Shown one piece after another: positions 9,956-20,248 of a DNA stretch of 64,000 bases. Below the pieces are notes generated by a model. The model worked only from the letters and a program-made list of their open reading frames with translations, was not told the DNA's origin and did no database searches. Numbering within the stretch: position 1 is the first letter of the stretch; every line of letters starts with the position of its first letter. The translations under genes were made by a program, and so were the position numbers. Source of the DNA: a candidate division WWE3 bacterium (lineage in GTDB: Bacteria; Patescibacteriota; WWE3; UBA101185; UBA10185); assembly GCA_052035175.1 (NCBI GenBank), contig JBPOHV010000001.1, forward strand, positions 703,771 to 767,770, read 5' to 3'.

Positions 9956-11026
9956 CTATACATTAAATCTGAACTCTACTACATCTCCGTCTTGCATAAT
10001 GTAGGTTTTTCCCTCTGTTCTAACCACGCCGGCGTCTCTAGCAGCTTTCCAGGTTTTATAGAATATGAAATCTTTATACGCCAAAACGTTTGCACATATG
10101 AATCCACGCTGGAAATCTGTATGTATTTTACCTGCCGCATCATAAGCTGTATCCCCAATATTAATAGTCCATGCCCGAGTTTCTTGCTCACCTGCAGTCA
10201 AAAATACCTGTAAACCCAACAAAGAAAAGCCTTGTTTTATTACTTTATCTAACCCGGTGTACTCTTGCCCCATATCGCTAAGATAGTTGTGTCTTTCTTG
10301 ATCAGAGAATTCTATAAGCTCTTCTTCTAATTTTGCGCTTATAACAACATATGCGTCGCTTGGTAATAAAAAGTCTGGTGCATAATCTAATTTGATTTCA
10401 TCAACATTTAACACATATAAGACTGGTTTTGCAGTTAAAAGGTCAATATCTTTTATTCTTTCTTTTTCTTCATGTGTTAAAGAAACACTACTTGCTAACT
10501 CGCCAGTTTCTAAAGCGGCATATAACTGTTTCAAAACAGCTAGTTTAGCAGGAATCTCTTTATCTGGAGTTCTGAGTAATTTTTCTAATCGTTGTATATG
10601 TTTTAATAGTACATCTAAATCGGCTAATATGAGTTCTGTATTAATAGTTTGTATATCGTCTTTTGGTGAGACTGCACCAGCACGTATTACATTCTCATCA
10701 TTAAAGGCACGTACTACATGCAAAATAGCATCTACTTTACGTATATGATCTAAAAACTTGTTACCCAAGCCTTCTCCTTCATGCGCACCTTTAACCAAAC
10801 CTGCGATATCGTAAAAAGTTATAAGCGCAGGAACAATCTTTTTAGTCTTTACTAAATCACCCAAAACTTGAAGACGGCTGTCTGGTACGTCAACTACACC
10901 TACATTTGGCTCTATAGTGGCAAACGGATAATTCGCTGCCAAAGCCTCGTGTTTTTTTATAAGCGCATTAAATAAAGTTGATTTACCGACATTGGGTAAG
11001 CCTACTATTCCTACAGATAAACTCAT
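9956..11026 (-). CDS. ychF: Redox-regulated ATPase YchF
   Basis: GIVGLPNVGKST, ANYPFATIEPN, DIAGLVKGA, TGS domain. Confidence 0.97.
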   Translation of the reverse strand: MSLSVGIVGLPNVGKSTLFNALIKKHEALAANYPFATIEPNVGVVDVPDSRLQVLGDLVKTKKIVPALITFYDIAGLVKGAHEGEGLGNKFLDHIRKVDAILHVVRAFNDENVIRAGAVSPKDDIQTINTELILADLDVLLKHIQRLEKLLRTPDKEIPAKLAVLKQLYAALETGELASSVSLTHEEKERIKDIDLLTAKPVLYVLNVDEIKLDYAPDFLLPSDAYVVISAKLEEELIEFSDQERHNYLSDMGQEYTGLDKVIKQGFSLLGLQVFLTAGEQETRAWTINIGDTAYDAAGKIHTDFQRGFICANVLAYKDFIFYKTWKAARDAGVVRTEGKTYIMQDGDVVEFRFNV

Positions 11027-11052
11027 GCTGAGAGTATACCAGAAGTAAAAAA

Positions 11053-11095
11053 AGGACTGTCCTTTAAGAGGTCAGTCCTCTATGAGGACTGATCT
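11053..11095. repeat. Triple 11-bp palindromic unit (RGNNCWGNNCY, 16-bp period), RAYT-associated
   Basis: AGGACTGTCCT-ttaag-AGGTCAGTCCT-ctatg-AGGACTGATCT. Confidence 0.8.
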
Positions 11096-11116
11096 TGTAT
11101 ATGTATAATTTCTTTA

Positions 11117-13063
11117 ATGCCAAAGAAATGTATTTTGTTTTTATTTTTGTTTGTTTTATCTGTACGACTATCACCTATTGGATTTGCAGAAACAGACATC
11201 ACCCCTCCAACAACAACAAAAGCTGTCACCCCAGTATCTCCAGACGGTAATAACGGATGGTATAAACAACCAGTAACTGTGCAACTTACAGCTACAGATT
11301 TGGGAAGTGGTGTTAAAGAAATAAATTACAAAGTGAATACTGGCAGCTGGCAAAAAGCGTCGTTTCCAAATTCTCTAAATTTAATACCAAATCCTTCTTT
11401 TGAAACTACAGATAATCTTTCAGACACGCTGATTCAAGATTGGGACATAACAACACCAGGACAACCGCAAACAAGCTATACACAAGACACCACAGTATAT
11501 CTACCAGAATACAACACTTCCTCAGCCAAAATTGAATCACAAGATTTGGGATGGCATGGTATTAACCATGCAACAACGTTTGCACCGGCACAGTCATATT
11601 CAAATATGAGCGCATCTGTGTGGATAAAAACTAGTAATCTAAACGAAACAGCATACTTCAAGATATATGCAATATATCTTGATCAAAATAATGTACAACA
11701 AACAGCACTAATAACACAAAGCCAAACTCTAACTGCCACTCACGATTGGACTTATTTGAGTACAAGCTTTATTGTCAATGTCGACAATGCATTAGGTGTA
11801 TATATGGATGTAGGGTTTGACGGTACTGGTACTACATGGGTAGATGCTGCCTCTATTACCCAATCTGTCACATCAGCCCAAACATCTGTAACACTACCAA
11901 CTGATGGAACTTACCAAGTCGAATACTTTAGCGTAGATCAAGCAGGAAATATAGGCGTTAAACCGTGCGTATACCCAAATTGCCCAAAGATTAAGATAGA
12001 TCAAACAAAACCCGGCGATTGGCAAAACGCTGGTGCCTTTAGAGGTTTAACTGGACCGGCACATTATTTGTGGGTATACACAAATGTTAATGACACTACC
12101 TCAGGATTATCTACATTCACAGATAAGTATCAATACAAAACCGACCAAAATACTACATTTGGAAGCTATAACGATTTGAGTTCATGCAATGGTACCTGGC
12201 AAACAGATATGTGGAGAAACTTATTCTCAATCCCCTTTTTTCCAGGTGCAACTAGTGGCTACCTTCTTACACAGAGAACCAATTTTTGTAACAATAATTG
12301 GAGCTCTTGCAAATACGTAAAATTTTATGCCGAAGATATGGCAGGAAATTCTGCTACTAAAGACTATTGCATAAACGGTCCCTGGGTCAAAGTGCAAGGC
12401 GGAGGCATCTCTCGTGCAAATGCAGGAATAAACATGATTGCCGAAGCTACCACTCGAAACACAGACGGACTTATAGAGTCGGGTAATATAGACATAAACT
12501 TTTTTGACAGTTCTAAAAGATACGAAGTCAAAAACTCACCTACACCAACATCAACTAAGTACGACGAGTTATACGCGATAACAACCAATAAGACTACAAT
12601 AACCTCATCACTTCCAGCGTCTTCAGGTGTATATGAAATTAATGGCAACTTTACATTAAAACAATCTAACTTGGGACAAAATTATGAAACACAAAAAATA
12701 AACCAAATAGTATTTATAACAGGTGATTTAACCATAGAAAAAGATATGGATATAAATAACGAAAGTTCAATATTATTTATAGTGAAAGGAAATATCCTAA
12801 TAGCTAAAAACATAAATAATATTGAGCTCGGGCTAATTTCCGACAACAATGTCCAAACAGCATATAACGCAAACGATGAAAATACGCAACCTCTCAATAT
12901 AACTGGGTTGTTAGTAGCGAATACAATTAGTTTCCAAAGGACACTGCAAGGTACAAACAATACCGAAGAACCTTCTGAAATAATAACGTATCAACCTAGC
13001 CTCTTAATAAATCTGACTGGATATTTCAAAAATAACAATGTGATTTGGAGAACAACACAATAA
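11117..13063 (+). CDS. Secreted multidomain surface protein (Ig-like, carbohydrate-binding-like, Cys-rich, C-terminal beta-helix-like)
   Basis: Signal peptide; DITPPTT..GWY..ATD.GSGV Ig-like start; NLIPNPSFE CBM-like start; C-terminal GDLTI/GNILI repeats. Confidence 0.7.
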   Translation: MPKKCILFLFLFVLSVRLSPIGFAETDITPPTTTKAVTPVSPDGNNGWYKQPVTVQLTATDLGSGVKEINYKVNTGSWQKASFPNSLNLIPNPSFETTDNLSDTLIQDWDITTPGQPQTSYTQDTTVYLPEYNTSSAKIESQDLGWHGINHATTFAPAQSYSNMSASVWIKTSNLNETAYFKIYAIYLDQNNVQQTALITQSQTLTATHDWTYLSTSFIVNVDNALGVYMDVGFDGTGTTWVDAASITQSVTSAQTSVTLPTDGTYQVEYFSVDQAGNIGVKPCVYPNCPKIKIDQTKPGDWQNAGAFRGLTGPAHYLWVYTNVNDTTSGLSTFTDKYQYKTDQNTTFGSYNDLSSCNGTWQTDMWRNLFSIPFFPGATSGYLLTQRTNFCNNNWSSCKYVKFYAEDMAGNSATKDYCINGPWVKVQGGGISRANAGINMIAEATTRNTDGLIESGNIDINFFDSSKRYEVKNSPTPTSTKYDELYAITTNKTTITSSLPASSGVYEINGNFTLKQSNLGQNYETQKINQIVFITGDLTIEKDMDINNESSILFIVKGNILIAKNINNIELGLISDNNVQTAYNANDENTQPLNITGLLVANTISFQRTLQGTNNTEEPSEIITYQPSLLINLTGYFKNNNVIWRTTQ

Positions 13064-13068
13064 TCAAG

Positions 13069-14460
13069 CTAACTGCGTCTCTTTATTCTAAATCTGCCAT
13101 CATCCAAATCTTCTACAGTATAACCAAGGTCCAAAATTTGTCTGCGAATCAAGTCGGCTTTATCAAAAATACCTGACTTTCGATACTCGTTACGCGTTTT
13201 CACCAAATCCAAAATGGTTTTTGGTACATCAAAGCCAATATAATTGACCAACTTTAAGCCCAATACCTCATCAATTTTTAAGATAGTTGCAACTTTGTCT
13301 TCTTCGGCAATATCACTTTTTATAATTTCCCAAACAACGGCTAATGCTTTGGGCATATTTAAATTGTCGTAAATAGCGTCTTCAAACTGAGAAATAAAGT
13401 TTTTATTCACATGCGCGTCTGGATTTTCTTTATACCCTGACAACACATCACATAATTTTTTGTATGCATTTTGAGCAGCCTGCAATGACGCCCATGAAAA
13501 GTTTATCGGGCCATCATATATTGCTGTCATATAAAAATATCTAAGGCTCAACGGATCGAATCCTCTATCTTCAATATCAGAAATCGTATAAGCATTATTC
13601 AAACTCTTGCCCATACGGCCACCATCTACTTGTAAAAATGCACCATGCACCCAATAGTTACAAAATGTCTCTCCTGTAGCGCATTCTGCCTGTGCAATTT
13701 CATTTTGATGGTGTAACTTGAGGTCCTCGCCACCAACATGTATATCAATATGATTTCCAAGTTCTGCCATAATCATTGCTGAACACTCAATATGCCATCC
13801 AGGAAACCCTACGCCCCATGGAGATTCCCACTCTTGCCAACGCTTTTCATTAGTAGGAGATAATTTCCATAAAGCAAAATCCATCGGGTGCTTTTTCTCT
13901 GGGTTTGGTTCTATACGCGCACCTTCAGAAAATGAAGCGTCTGATAAGCCCGTTAGTGCCCCATATTTTTGAAATTTCTGAGTATCAAAGTAAATACCGT
14001 CGGTAATTCTATATGTAAAACCAGTACGCTCCAGTGTACGAACCAAAGCTATTTGTTCTTGTATATAATCTGTAGCTTTGGTGAATTTACGAGGTTTAAG
14101 ATAATTTAACTTTTCATAATCAGAAAAAAACGATTTAATATAAAAATCTGCGATTTCTCGAGCGCTTTTACCTTCTTTAGAAGCAGCTTTTTCCAACCTA
14201 TCTTCGCCTTCGCTCGCATTACCTTTGTTATCACCCGTTAAATGACCAACGTCTGTTAAATTCATTATAAAATCAACACTATTGCCTTGGAATAATAATG
14301 TGCGATGTATAAGGTCACTCAAAAAGAACGTACGATAGTTCCCAATTGAAGGATAGTCATAAACTGTTGGGCCGCATGTATACATTTTGACCTCACCGGT
14401 TTTCATAGGCGAAAATACTTCTATTTTTTTGGTTAAAGAGTTGTGTATCTTAAAACTCAT
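13069..14460 (-). CDS. cysS: Cysteine--tRNA ligase
   Basis: MYTCGPTVYD, DFALWK, PGWHIECSAM, RMGKS. Confidence 0.96.
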   Translation of the reverse strand: MSFKIHNSLTKKIEVFSPMKTGEVKMYTCGPTVYDYPSIGNYRTFFLSDLIHRTLLFQGNSVDFIMNLTDVGHLTGDNKGNASEGEDRLEKAASKEGKSAREIADFYIKSFFSDYEKLNYLKPRKFTKATDYIQEQIALVRTLERTGFTYRITDGIYFDTQKFQKYGALTGLSDASFSEGARIEPNPEKKHPMDFALWKLSPTNEKRWQEWESPWGVGFPGWHIECSAMIMAELGNHIDIHVGGEDLKLHHQNEIAQAECATGETFCNYWVHGAFLQVDGGRMGKSLNNAYTISDIEDRGFDPLSLRYFYMTAIYDGPINFSWASLQAAQNAYKKLCDVLSGYKENPDAHVNKNFISQFEDAIYDNLNMPKALAVVWEIIKSDIAEEDKVATILKIDEVLGLKLVNYIGFDVPKTILDLVKTRNEYRKSGIFDKADLIRRQILDLGYTVEDLDDGRFRIKRRS

Positions 14461-14522
14461 ATTGCAAAGATTGTATCAGATCGTGTCAAAAGTGTATTTG
14501 AAAAATGCTTATATAGAGTGTT

Positions 14523-15149
14523 TTAGAAATTTGATCTACCCTCTAGTGCTCTTGATAAGGTTATGTTATCAGCATACTCTATATCACCACCTACTGGAAT
14601 TCCTCGTGCTATACGGGTAATGCGAAGTCTAGTACCGTTTGTATCCAATTGCCTTAATAATCTTGATATATAAATAGCAGTCGATTCTCCTTCCATATTA
14701 GTTCCATTAGAAAGTATGATTTCGATAACTGTAGTTTCATCAGCAACCAAAAGACTCTCAACTCGTGCTATCAACTCATTTACAAAAATATCTTCGGGTC
14801 CAACGTTATTTAGAGGGTCGATTACACCGTGTAATACATGGTATCGGCCGTCATAACTAGTTTTCCCATATGCCAAAACGTCTAAAGGAGTAGTTACAAC
14901 TAGAATAGAGTGCTTGTTTCTAGCCGAATCGTCGCATATTGAACACAAATTATTCTCAGAGATATTTTTACATTCCTGGCATAAAGAAATACTTTTTTTA
15001 AGATCAACTAACGCCGAAGCAAAGTTTTCTATTTCGTAATCTGGAAAGTGCAACAAATGAAAAACTAGTCTTTGAGCGGTTTTGGGACCAATTCCTGGTA
15101 ATCTTTCAAAAGCTTCTGATAATCTTGAGATTGCACGAGGTATTTTCAT
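14523..15149 (-). CDS. recR: Recombination protein RecR
   Basis: LPGIGPKTAQR, C4 zinc finger, Toprim domain. Confidence 0.97.
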   Translation of the reverse strand: MKIPRAISRLSEAFERLPGIGPKTAQRLVFHLLHFPDYEIENFASALVDLKKSISLCQECKNISENNLCSICDDSARNKHSILVVTTPLDVLAYGKTSYDGRYHVLHGVIDPLNNVGPEDIFVNELIARVESLLVADETTVIEIILSNGTNMEGESTAIYISRLLRQLDTNGTRLRITRIARGIPVGGDIEYADNITLSRALEGRSNF

Positions 15150-15158
15150 ATACAGCCA

Positions 15159-16802
15159 TTATAAAGGTAATCCACCATCTAACATGTTTATAAGTTGTGA
15201 ACTATCTAGTTTTTCGCTTTGTACACCTGGCATAACAATATTTAAATCTGTTAAATTACCTACCTCCCTACTATCTGACTTCTTCCGAATATCTTGGTTT
15301 ACTATGCATGAAATACGCAATTTATTACCGTATATTTGAGAAAGAACTTCTTCTACAACAAGTCTATTGCGCACTACTTCTAGTCTTTCTTTGTGAAATG
15401 GGTAAGCCACTTCCAAATTTAGTATAGATTGATTTATAGAAATTGGCGTAGCATTTTTTATCAAAGTACATATAGATACATTTATACCAAATAAATTCTC
15501 GACAACTGTGGGCCAAAACTCTTTTATAGTCTCCAAACTTATTGTTTGTGCTATTTCTGCTGCCAAGTCTTGGTCTGATTTGGTCTGAGTAATCTCTGTT
15601 TCAGCTTGGCTTGCACCTGTCTCATCATTTGGCATTTGCTTCTCTATCTGAGGTTCACTATCTATAGAAATAGGACTAGCCTTCTTTTGTTGTGGTGCAG
15701 ACGGCGGTGCTTTTGGAGTAAAAGTAGCATTTAGAGTTTGTATATTGTTACCTCGGGAACAAACCTCACACAAAGCAATCTCTAAAGAAATCTGAGGAAT
15801 GTAGCTGTCTTTAATACCTGCTTGTGCAGATGAAAACAATTGCAAATAGAGTCCCAACATCTCTACTGTCAGATCAGTACTCACTGTTTTAAACGTATCT
15901 AAATCAAAACCATTAGAAATCAAATAGTCATGTGCGCCTGATTTATAAAACAAGAGATTACGAAGATAGTTTAAAAAGCCACCTGTCCAATAAAACAAAT
16001 CTGTACCAGATTTAGCAACATCACTAATATAAATCAAAGCGTTAGATAAGTCTTTTTCGATTAAAAAGTTTACAAAAACATCATAATCACTGTATTTTGA
16101 AGCTTCTATCAAAGAATCTGCATCTACACCACCCTCTATTACTTGTTGTAACAAAGTCTCTGCGTCTCTAAAACCACCAGCCGCACTGCGAGCTATCTTG
16201 ATCAAGTCAGACTTAGATACTTTTGCTTTTTCTTGTTGAGCTATAGAACCCAATTTGGTTACCAACTGATCCATGCTAGCAGACTTAAATTTGAAAACCT
16301 GGCAACGAGATTTTATAGTATCAGGAACTTTGTGCAATTCCGTTGTGCATAAAATAAAATGCACATGAGCAGGAGGTTCTTCTAACGTCTTGAGCAAAGC
16401 ATTAAATGCCTCTGTTGTTAACATGTGGACCTCATCTATAATGTATATTTTATTTGTACCTGTAGATGGAGCTAGATTAGCTTTCTCGCGCATACTTCTA
16501 ATATCGTCAATGCCTCTATGACTGGCAGCATCTATTTCTATAAGATCAATGTACGAACCATCGTTTATAGAGACACAAGCTGAACATGCATTACAAGGAT
16601 CTCCATTGGCTTGTAGATCTGTGCAATTGAGCGCTTTTGATAATAACCTTGCCGTGGTAGTTTTACCCACGCCACGAGGACCTACAAATAAATATGCGTG
16701 TGCAACTTTATGATCTAGTAACTGTTTTACCAACGCATCAGCTATTTGATTTGGTTTAGAAATTTCGCTAAAAGTTTGTGGTCTGTATTTGGTATAAAAC
16801 AT
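15159..16802 (-). CDS. dnaX: DNA polymerase III subunit gamma/tau
   Basis: KYRPQTF, GPRGVGKTT, IIDEVHML, KTLEEPP, SRC. Confidence 0.97.
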   Translation of the reverse strand: MFYTKYRPQTFSEISKPNQIADALVKQLLDHKVAHAYLFVGPRGVGKTTTARLLSKALNCTDLQANGDPCNACSACVSINDGSYIDLIEIDAASHRGIDDIRSMREKANLAPSTGTNKIYIIDEVHMLTTEAFNALLKTLEEPPAHVHFILCTTELHKVPDTIKSRCQVFKFKSASMDQLVTKLGSIAQQEKAKVSKSDLIKIARSAAGGFRDAETLLQQVIEGGVDADSLIEASKYSDYDVFVNFLIEKDLSNALIYISDVAKSGTDLFYWTGGFLNYLRNLLFYKSGAHDYLISNGFDLDTFKTVSTDLTVEMLGLYLQLFSSAQAGIKDSYIPQISLEIALCEVCSRGNNIQTLNATFTPKAPPSAPQQKKASPISIDSEPQIEKQMPNDETGASQAETEITQTKSDQDLAAEIAQTISLETIKEFWPTVVENLFGINVSICTLIKNATPISINQSILNLEVAYPFHKERLEVVRNRLVVEEVLSQIYGNKLRISCIVNQDIRKKSDSREVGNLTDLNIVMPGVQSEKLDSSQLINMLDGGLPL

Positions 16803-16831
16803 CTATCTTAGGATATGAGAAACCAGACGAC

Positions 16832-17347
16832 TTATCCACCAATAATTGTTTGAAGTTCGATGCTTTTTATCGTATGGGTCAGGGTATTAAGCTCATCTGC
16901 AGTAAATTTTTGTAAAACCCAATCTTCTACAGCAAACGAATTTGTTAACGGCCTCCCTATGCCATACCTAAGCCTCCAAAAACCGTTTGTCCCCAAACTA
17001 GTTATGATATCTTCTACCCCATGATGCCCACCACTATTTTTTGCAAAATGTTTTTTATAAACACAAAAAGGTAAATCAACATCGTCATGAAAAACTATAA
17101 GATCTTCATGTTTTATGTGATAAAAGCTTAATGCCTTAGAAACCGAAGGTCCAACGTTATTCATAAATGAATTTGATTTGAAAAATACAAAATTATCATA
17201 AACAGCGACCGAACCGCCTATTTTAGTATTTTGAGAAAAGTTTACACGCGCGTCAGAAATTAGTTTATCGACTATCATATAGCCCACATTATGGCGTGTT
17301 TGAGTATATTTTGATCCAGGATTACCCAGACCTACAAGTAATTTCAT
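16832..17347 (-). CDS. pth: Peptidyl-tRNA hydrolase
   Basis: VGLGNPG..Y..TRHNVG, HDDVD, GGHHG, RLRYGIGRP. Confidence 0.96.
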   Translation of the reverse strand: MKLLVGLGNPGSKYTQTRHNVGYMIVDKLISDARVNFSQNTKIGGSVAVYDNFVFFKSNSFMNNVGPSVSKALSFYHIKHEDLIVFHDDVDLPFCVYKKHFAKNSGGHHGVEDIITSLGTNGFWRLRYGIGRPLTNSFAVEDWVLQKFTADELNTLTHTIKSIELQTIIGG

Positions 17348-17349
17348 AA

Positions 17350-17805
17350 CTAGCTTTTACCTACTGATATACCATGAACACTATGTTCGTCGTCATCATC
17401 ATGATGAACTCCTAATAAATGGAGTACACCATGACCTACCAAATCGGAAAGTTCTTCTTGAAGAGTATTATTATAGTCAGGAGCTTGTCTAACGGCTTGA
17501 TCAACATTTACAACAATATCCCCCAAATAAAAAGTGTCATTGTCGACTATTTGATCAACGCTAAAAGATAAAACATCGGTAGGATAATCTCTTTGCAAAT
17601 ATTTACCATTGAGGCTTTTTATATCCTTGTCGTGAACTAGAGATACATTAACAATTATATTGCGATTCTTGGCTAATATATCACTATAAGAATTTTTATC
17701 ATTAATAGCTAAAATATCAGCTTTAGGTGGATTGGCAGTTTTACTTGTCTTTTTCAAACTCAATCTTCCTTTCAAGGTCTTTTTTGGCTTGTCTTTTGAT
17801 CTCAC
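17350..17805 (-). CDS. ybeY: rRNA maturation RNase YbeY (start uncertain, overlaps rpsU)
   Basis: PTDVLSF, LGDIVV, HGVLHLLGVHH. Confidence 0.9.
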   Translation of the reverse strand: MRSKDKPKKTLKGRLSLKKTSKTANPPKADILAINDKNSYSDILAKNRNIIVNVSLVHDKDIKSLNGKYLQRDYPTDVLSFSVDQIVDNDTFYLGDIVVNVDQAVRQAPDYNNTLQEELSDLVGHGVLHLLGVHHDDDDEHSVHGISVGKS

Positions 17806-17929
17806 TTTTCTTTGTAAATCGGCTTTTAGTTCTGAATTCCTTCAAAATACCCGATTTAATAACCATCCTATTAAACCTTCTCAAGGCCTGTTCAAATGTT
17901 TCATTTTTTCTAATCTTAATCTTTGGCAT
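17741..17929 (-). CDS. rpsU: 30S ribosomal protein S21
   Basis: MPKIKIRKNETFEQALRRFNR; start moved to 17929. Confidence 0.9.
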   Translation of the reverse strand: MPKIKIRKNETFEQALRRFNRMVIKSGILKEFRTKSRFTKKSEIKRQAKKDLERKIEFEKDK

Positions 17930-18102
17930 TATAAATAACCAACCGCTATCATATACGATAGCAGTTTGATAAGCACCCCCATCCAAAAAAACAACTTTTA
18001 TGCAACAGCGAAGATTGTATCAAAAACCACACGATTTATCTACGCTTAATGGAATGAGTATATAATTTGATTGATAAATTTTCAATTAGAAGTTTATAAG
18101 TT

Positions 18103-19245
18103 CTAGAAAATGTTGAGTATATCCTTTACTGACACCAAAACCAGCAAAGTCAGTAGTAGCAACATACCCACTTTATGTATAGCAATCTCGTATTTTGGAT
18201 TAATCCTACGACGAATAATAAGCTCTAAAAGTACGAAAAATACACGTCCGCCATCCAAAGCTGGGAACGGTAAAACATTCATAACTGCTAAACTCAAAGA
18301 CATAAGCGCAGTATAATCGAGAATGCTTAGCACCGCTCTTGTACCTGTAGTATTTTCGAGTATCGATTTTATTATCGAATAAATACCAACTGGTCCAGCA
18401 ACACTAGATGAAACCGGCTCTGTACTATGGGTCTCGAATGATTGTTTAACAACATTAGAAATCGCAAATAAAGAATAAGCAGACATATTATAAGCATGCA
18501 AAGGGCCAGATAAAATTCTTTCTAGAGTAGAATCGTAAGACACATGAGTCGCAGAAGTCAGTAAAACACCCAAGATTGGCTTGCCAGTCTCGTCAAACTT
18601 TGGAGATAAAGTAATCGTTCTCTCAGGAGAATCAGATATTATATCTTGCACAACTATATTTACAGGTTGATTTGCCTTATCAGCTAATAAAGCTCTGATC
18701 TCATCTACATTTGATACAGCTACACCATCTACAGATAAAACTGCTTCCCCAACCTTTATACCTGCAGCCGCTGCTGCTGTATCTGGTTTTATATCAGCCA
18801 CTACTGTTGTGATATTGTGCTGTGTTCCAAATCTGAACTGATAATCAAACAACAAAGGTATTCTAAAAGAAGCAAATGAATGGAAAGCAAATAAAACATA
18901 ATATAGTAAAAACGCTAAAAGCATATTCATTACTACACCAGCCAAAAGTATCTGTAGCTTTTGAAATGGGGTTTTTGAAATAAAGTTTTTTGGATCATGC
19001 TCGGCAACTGTTAATTTATCTGCATATTCTTGCGTATCTTCACCCCGCATAGAAACAAATCCACCAAAGGGTAATAAATTGATTGAGTATAATGTACCTT
19101 TAAACCGCTTACCAAAAAGGCGTGGCGGTAAACCAAATCCAAATTCCTCTACTTCTACCCCATTCCATTTAGCCAATGCGAAATGTCCCAGCTCATGTAC
19201 CAAAACTAGTACAGATAAAATAATAAAGAAAATTAAAATTGCCAT
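18103..19245 (-). CDS. rseP: RIP metalloprotease RseP (M50 with PDZ)
   Basis: HELGH, PFGGFV, PDZ domain, NVLPFPALDGG. Confidence 0.93.
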   Translation of the reverse strand: MAILIFFIILSVLVLVHELGHFALAKWNGVEVEEFGFGLPPRLFGKRFKGTLYSINLLPFGGFVSMRGEDTQEYADKLTVAEHDPKNFISKTPFQKLQILLAGVVMNMLLAFLLYYVLFAFHSFASFRIPLLFDYQFRFGTQHNITTVVADIKPDTAAAAAGIKVGEAVLSVDGVAVSNVDEIRALLADKANQPVNIVVQDIISDSPERTITLSPKFDETGKPILGVLLTSATHVSYDSTLERILSGPLHAYNMSAYSLFAISNVVKQSFETHSTEPVSSSVAGPVGIYSIIKSILENTTGTRAVLSILDYTALMSLSLAVMNVLPFPALDGGRVFFVLLELIIRRRINPKYEIAIHKVGMLLLLTLLVLVSVKDILNIF

Positions 19246-19247
19246 AA

Positions 19248-19796
19248 CTAAATTGTCATCAAATCTTTCTTTTTTGCTTCCAAAAGGTCATCAATCTTAT
19301 TTGCAAATTCTTTGACTGTGTCTTCAACTTCTTCTTTTAAAGTAAATTTTTCGTCTTCACCAAGTTTCTTGTCTGTAAAATCTTTATCAATCTCTTTCAT
19401 AGCATCTTGCCTAATACCTCGAATTGTTTGCTTTGTATCTTCGGCTTTTTTGGCTGCCAGTTTAGTCAACTCAACACGGCGCTCTTCTGTCAAAGCAGGA
19501 ATAGGCACTCTTACAACATTGCCGTCATCCGTAGGATTCAAATTTAAATCAGACTCGCGTATCGCTTTTACGATTGATTGAACTAGCCCTTTATCCCATG
19601 GAGAAATAACCAAATTCTGAGAATCTAAAACAGTAATAGATCCCAATTCTTTCATAGTCATCATGGCACCATATGCACTAACAGATAAATTTTCTAAAAT
19701 GGAAGTGTTTGCCCTACCGGCGCGAATAGATACTAGTTCTGATTGTAGGAATTCTAATGCTTTATTGAGACGAGACTTTAATTCTGTTTGAGTCAT
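19248..19796 (-). CDS. frr: Ribosome recycling factor
   Basis: IRAGRAN, PALTEERR. Confidence 0.96.
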   Translation of the reverse strand: MTQTELKSRLNKALEFLQSELVSIRAGRANTSILENLSVSAYGAMMTMKELGSITVLDSQNLVISPWDKGLVQSIVKAIRESDLNLNPTDDGNVVRVPIPALTEERRVELTKLAAKKAEDTKQTIRGIRQDAMKEIDKDFTDKKLGEDEKFTLKEEVEDTVKEFANKIDDLLEAKKKDLMTI

Positions 19797-20248
19797 TAAC
19801 GTACAGTATACTTAATGAATTTCTTTATCTCAACCTTTTCTCCGACTTTAGCTACAAGTTCATTCTGCAAGTCGCTTACTTTTTTGGATGGATCTCGTAA
19901 ATATTCATCATCCAACAATGCTTCTACTGTTTCGTAATCACCTACGCATACTTGCATTGCGACTTCTGATACGAATTTTTTGAAATCTTCTGTTTTTGCT
20001 ACAAAATCTGTTTCACATCCAACGTGTACCAAAGTTCCAACTTTACCACCCAAGTGTATGTATGAACCAACCAAACCATCGCCTGCAGTTCTATCCATTT
20101 TTTTGGCTGCTTTGCCCAACGCGGTTTTCATCAAAGCTTCTTTTGCTTTATCATAGTCTCCGCCGTTATCTTCCAAAAATTTCTTGGCTTCTACAATACC
20201 GGCACCAGTTTCATCACGCAATTTTTTTATTAAATCGATATTAATCAT
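19796..20248 (-). CDS. tsf: Elongation factor Ts (short form)
   Basis: IKKLRDETGAG, CETDFVA; only 150 aa. Confidence 0.95.
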   Translation of the reverse strand: MINIDLIKKLRDETGAGIVEAKKFLEDNGGDYDKAKEALMKTALGKAAKKMDRTAGDGLVGSYIHLGGKVGTLVHVGCETDFVAKTEDFKKFVSEVAMQVCVGDYETVEALLDDEYLRDPSKKVSDLQNELVAKVGEKVEIKKFIKYTVR

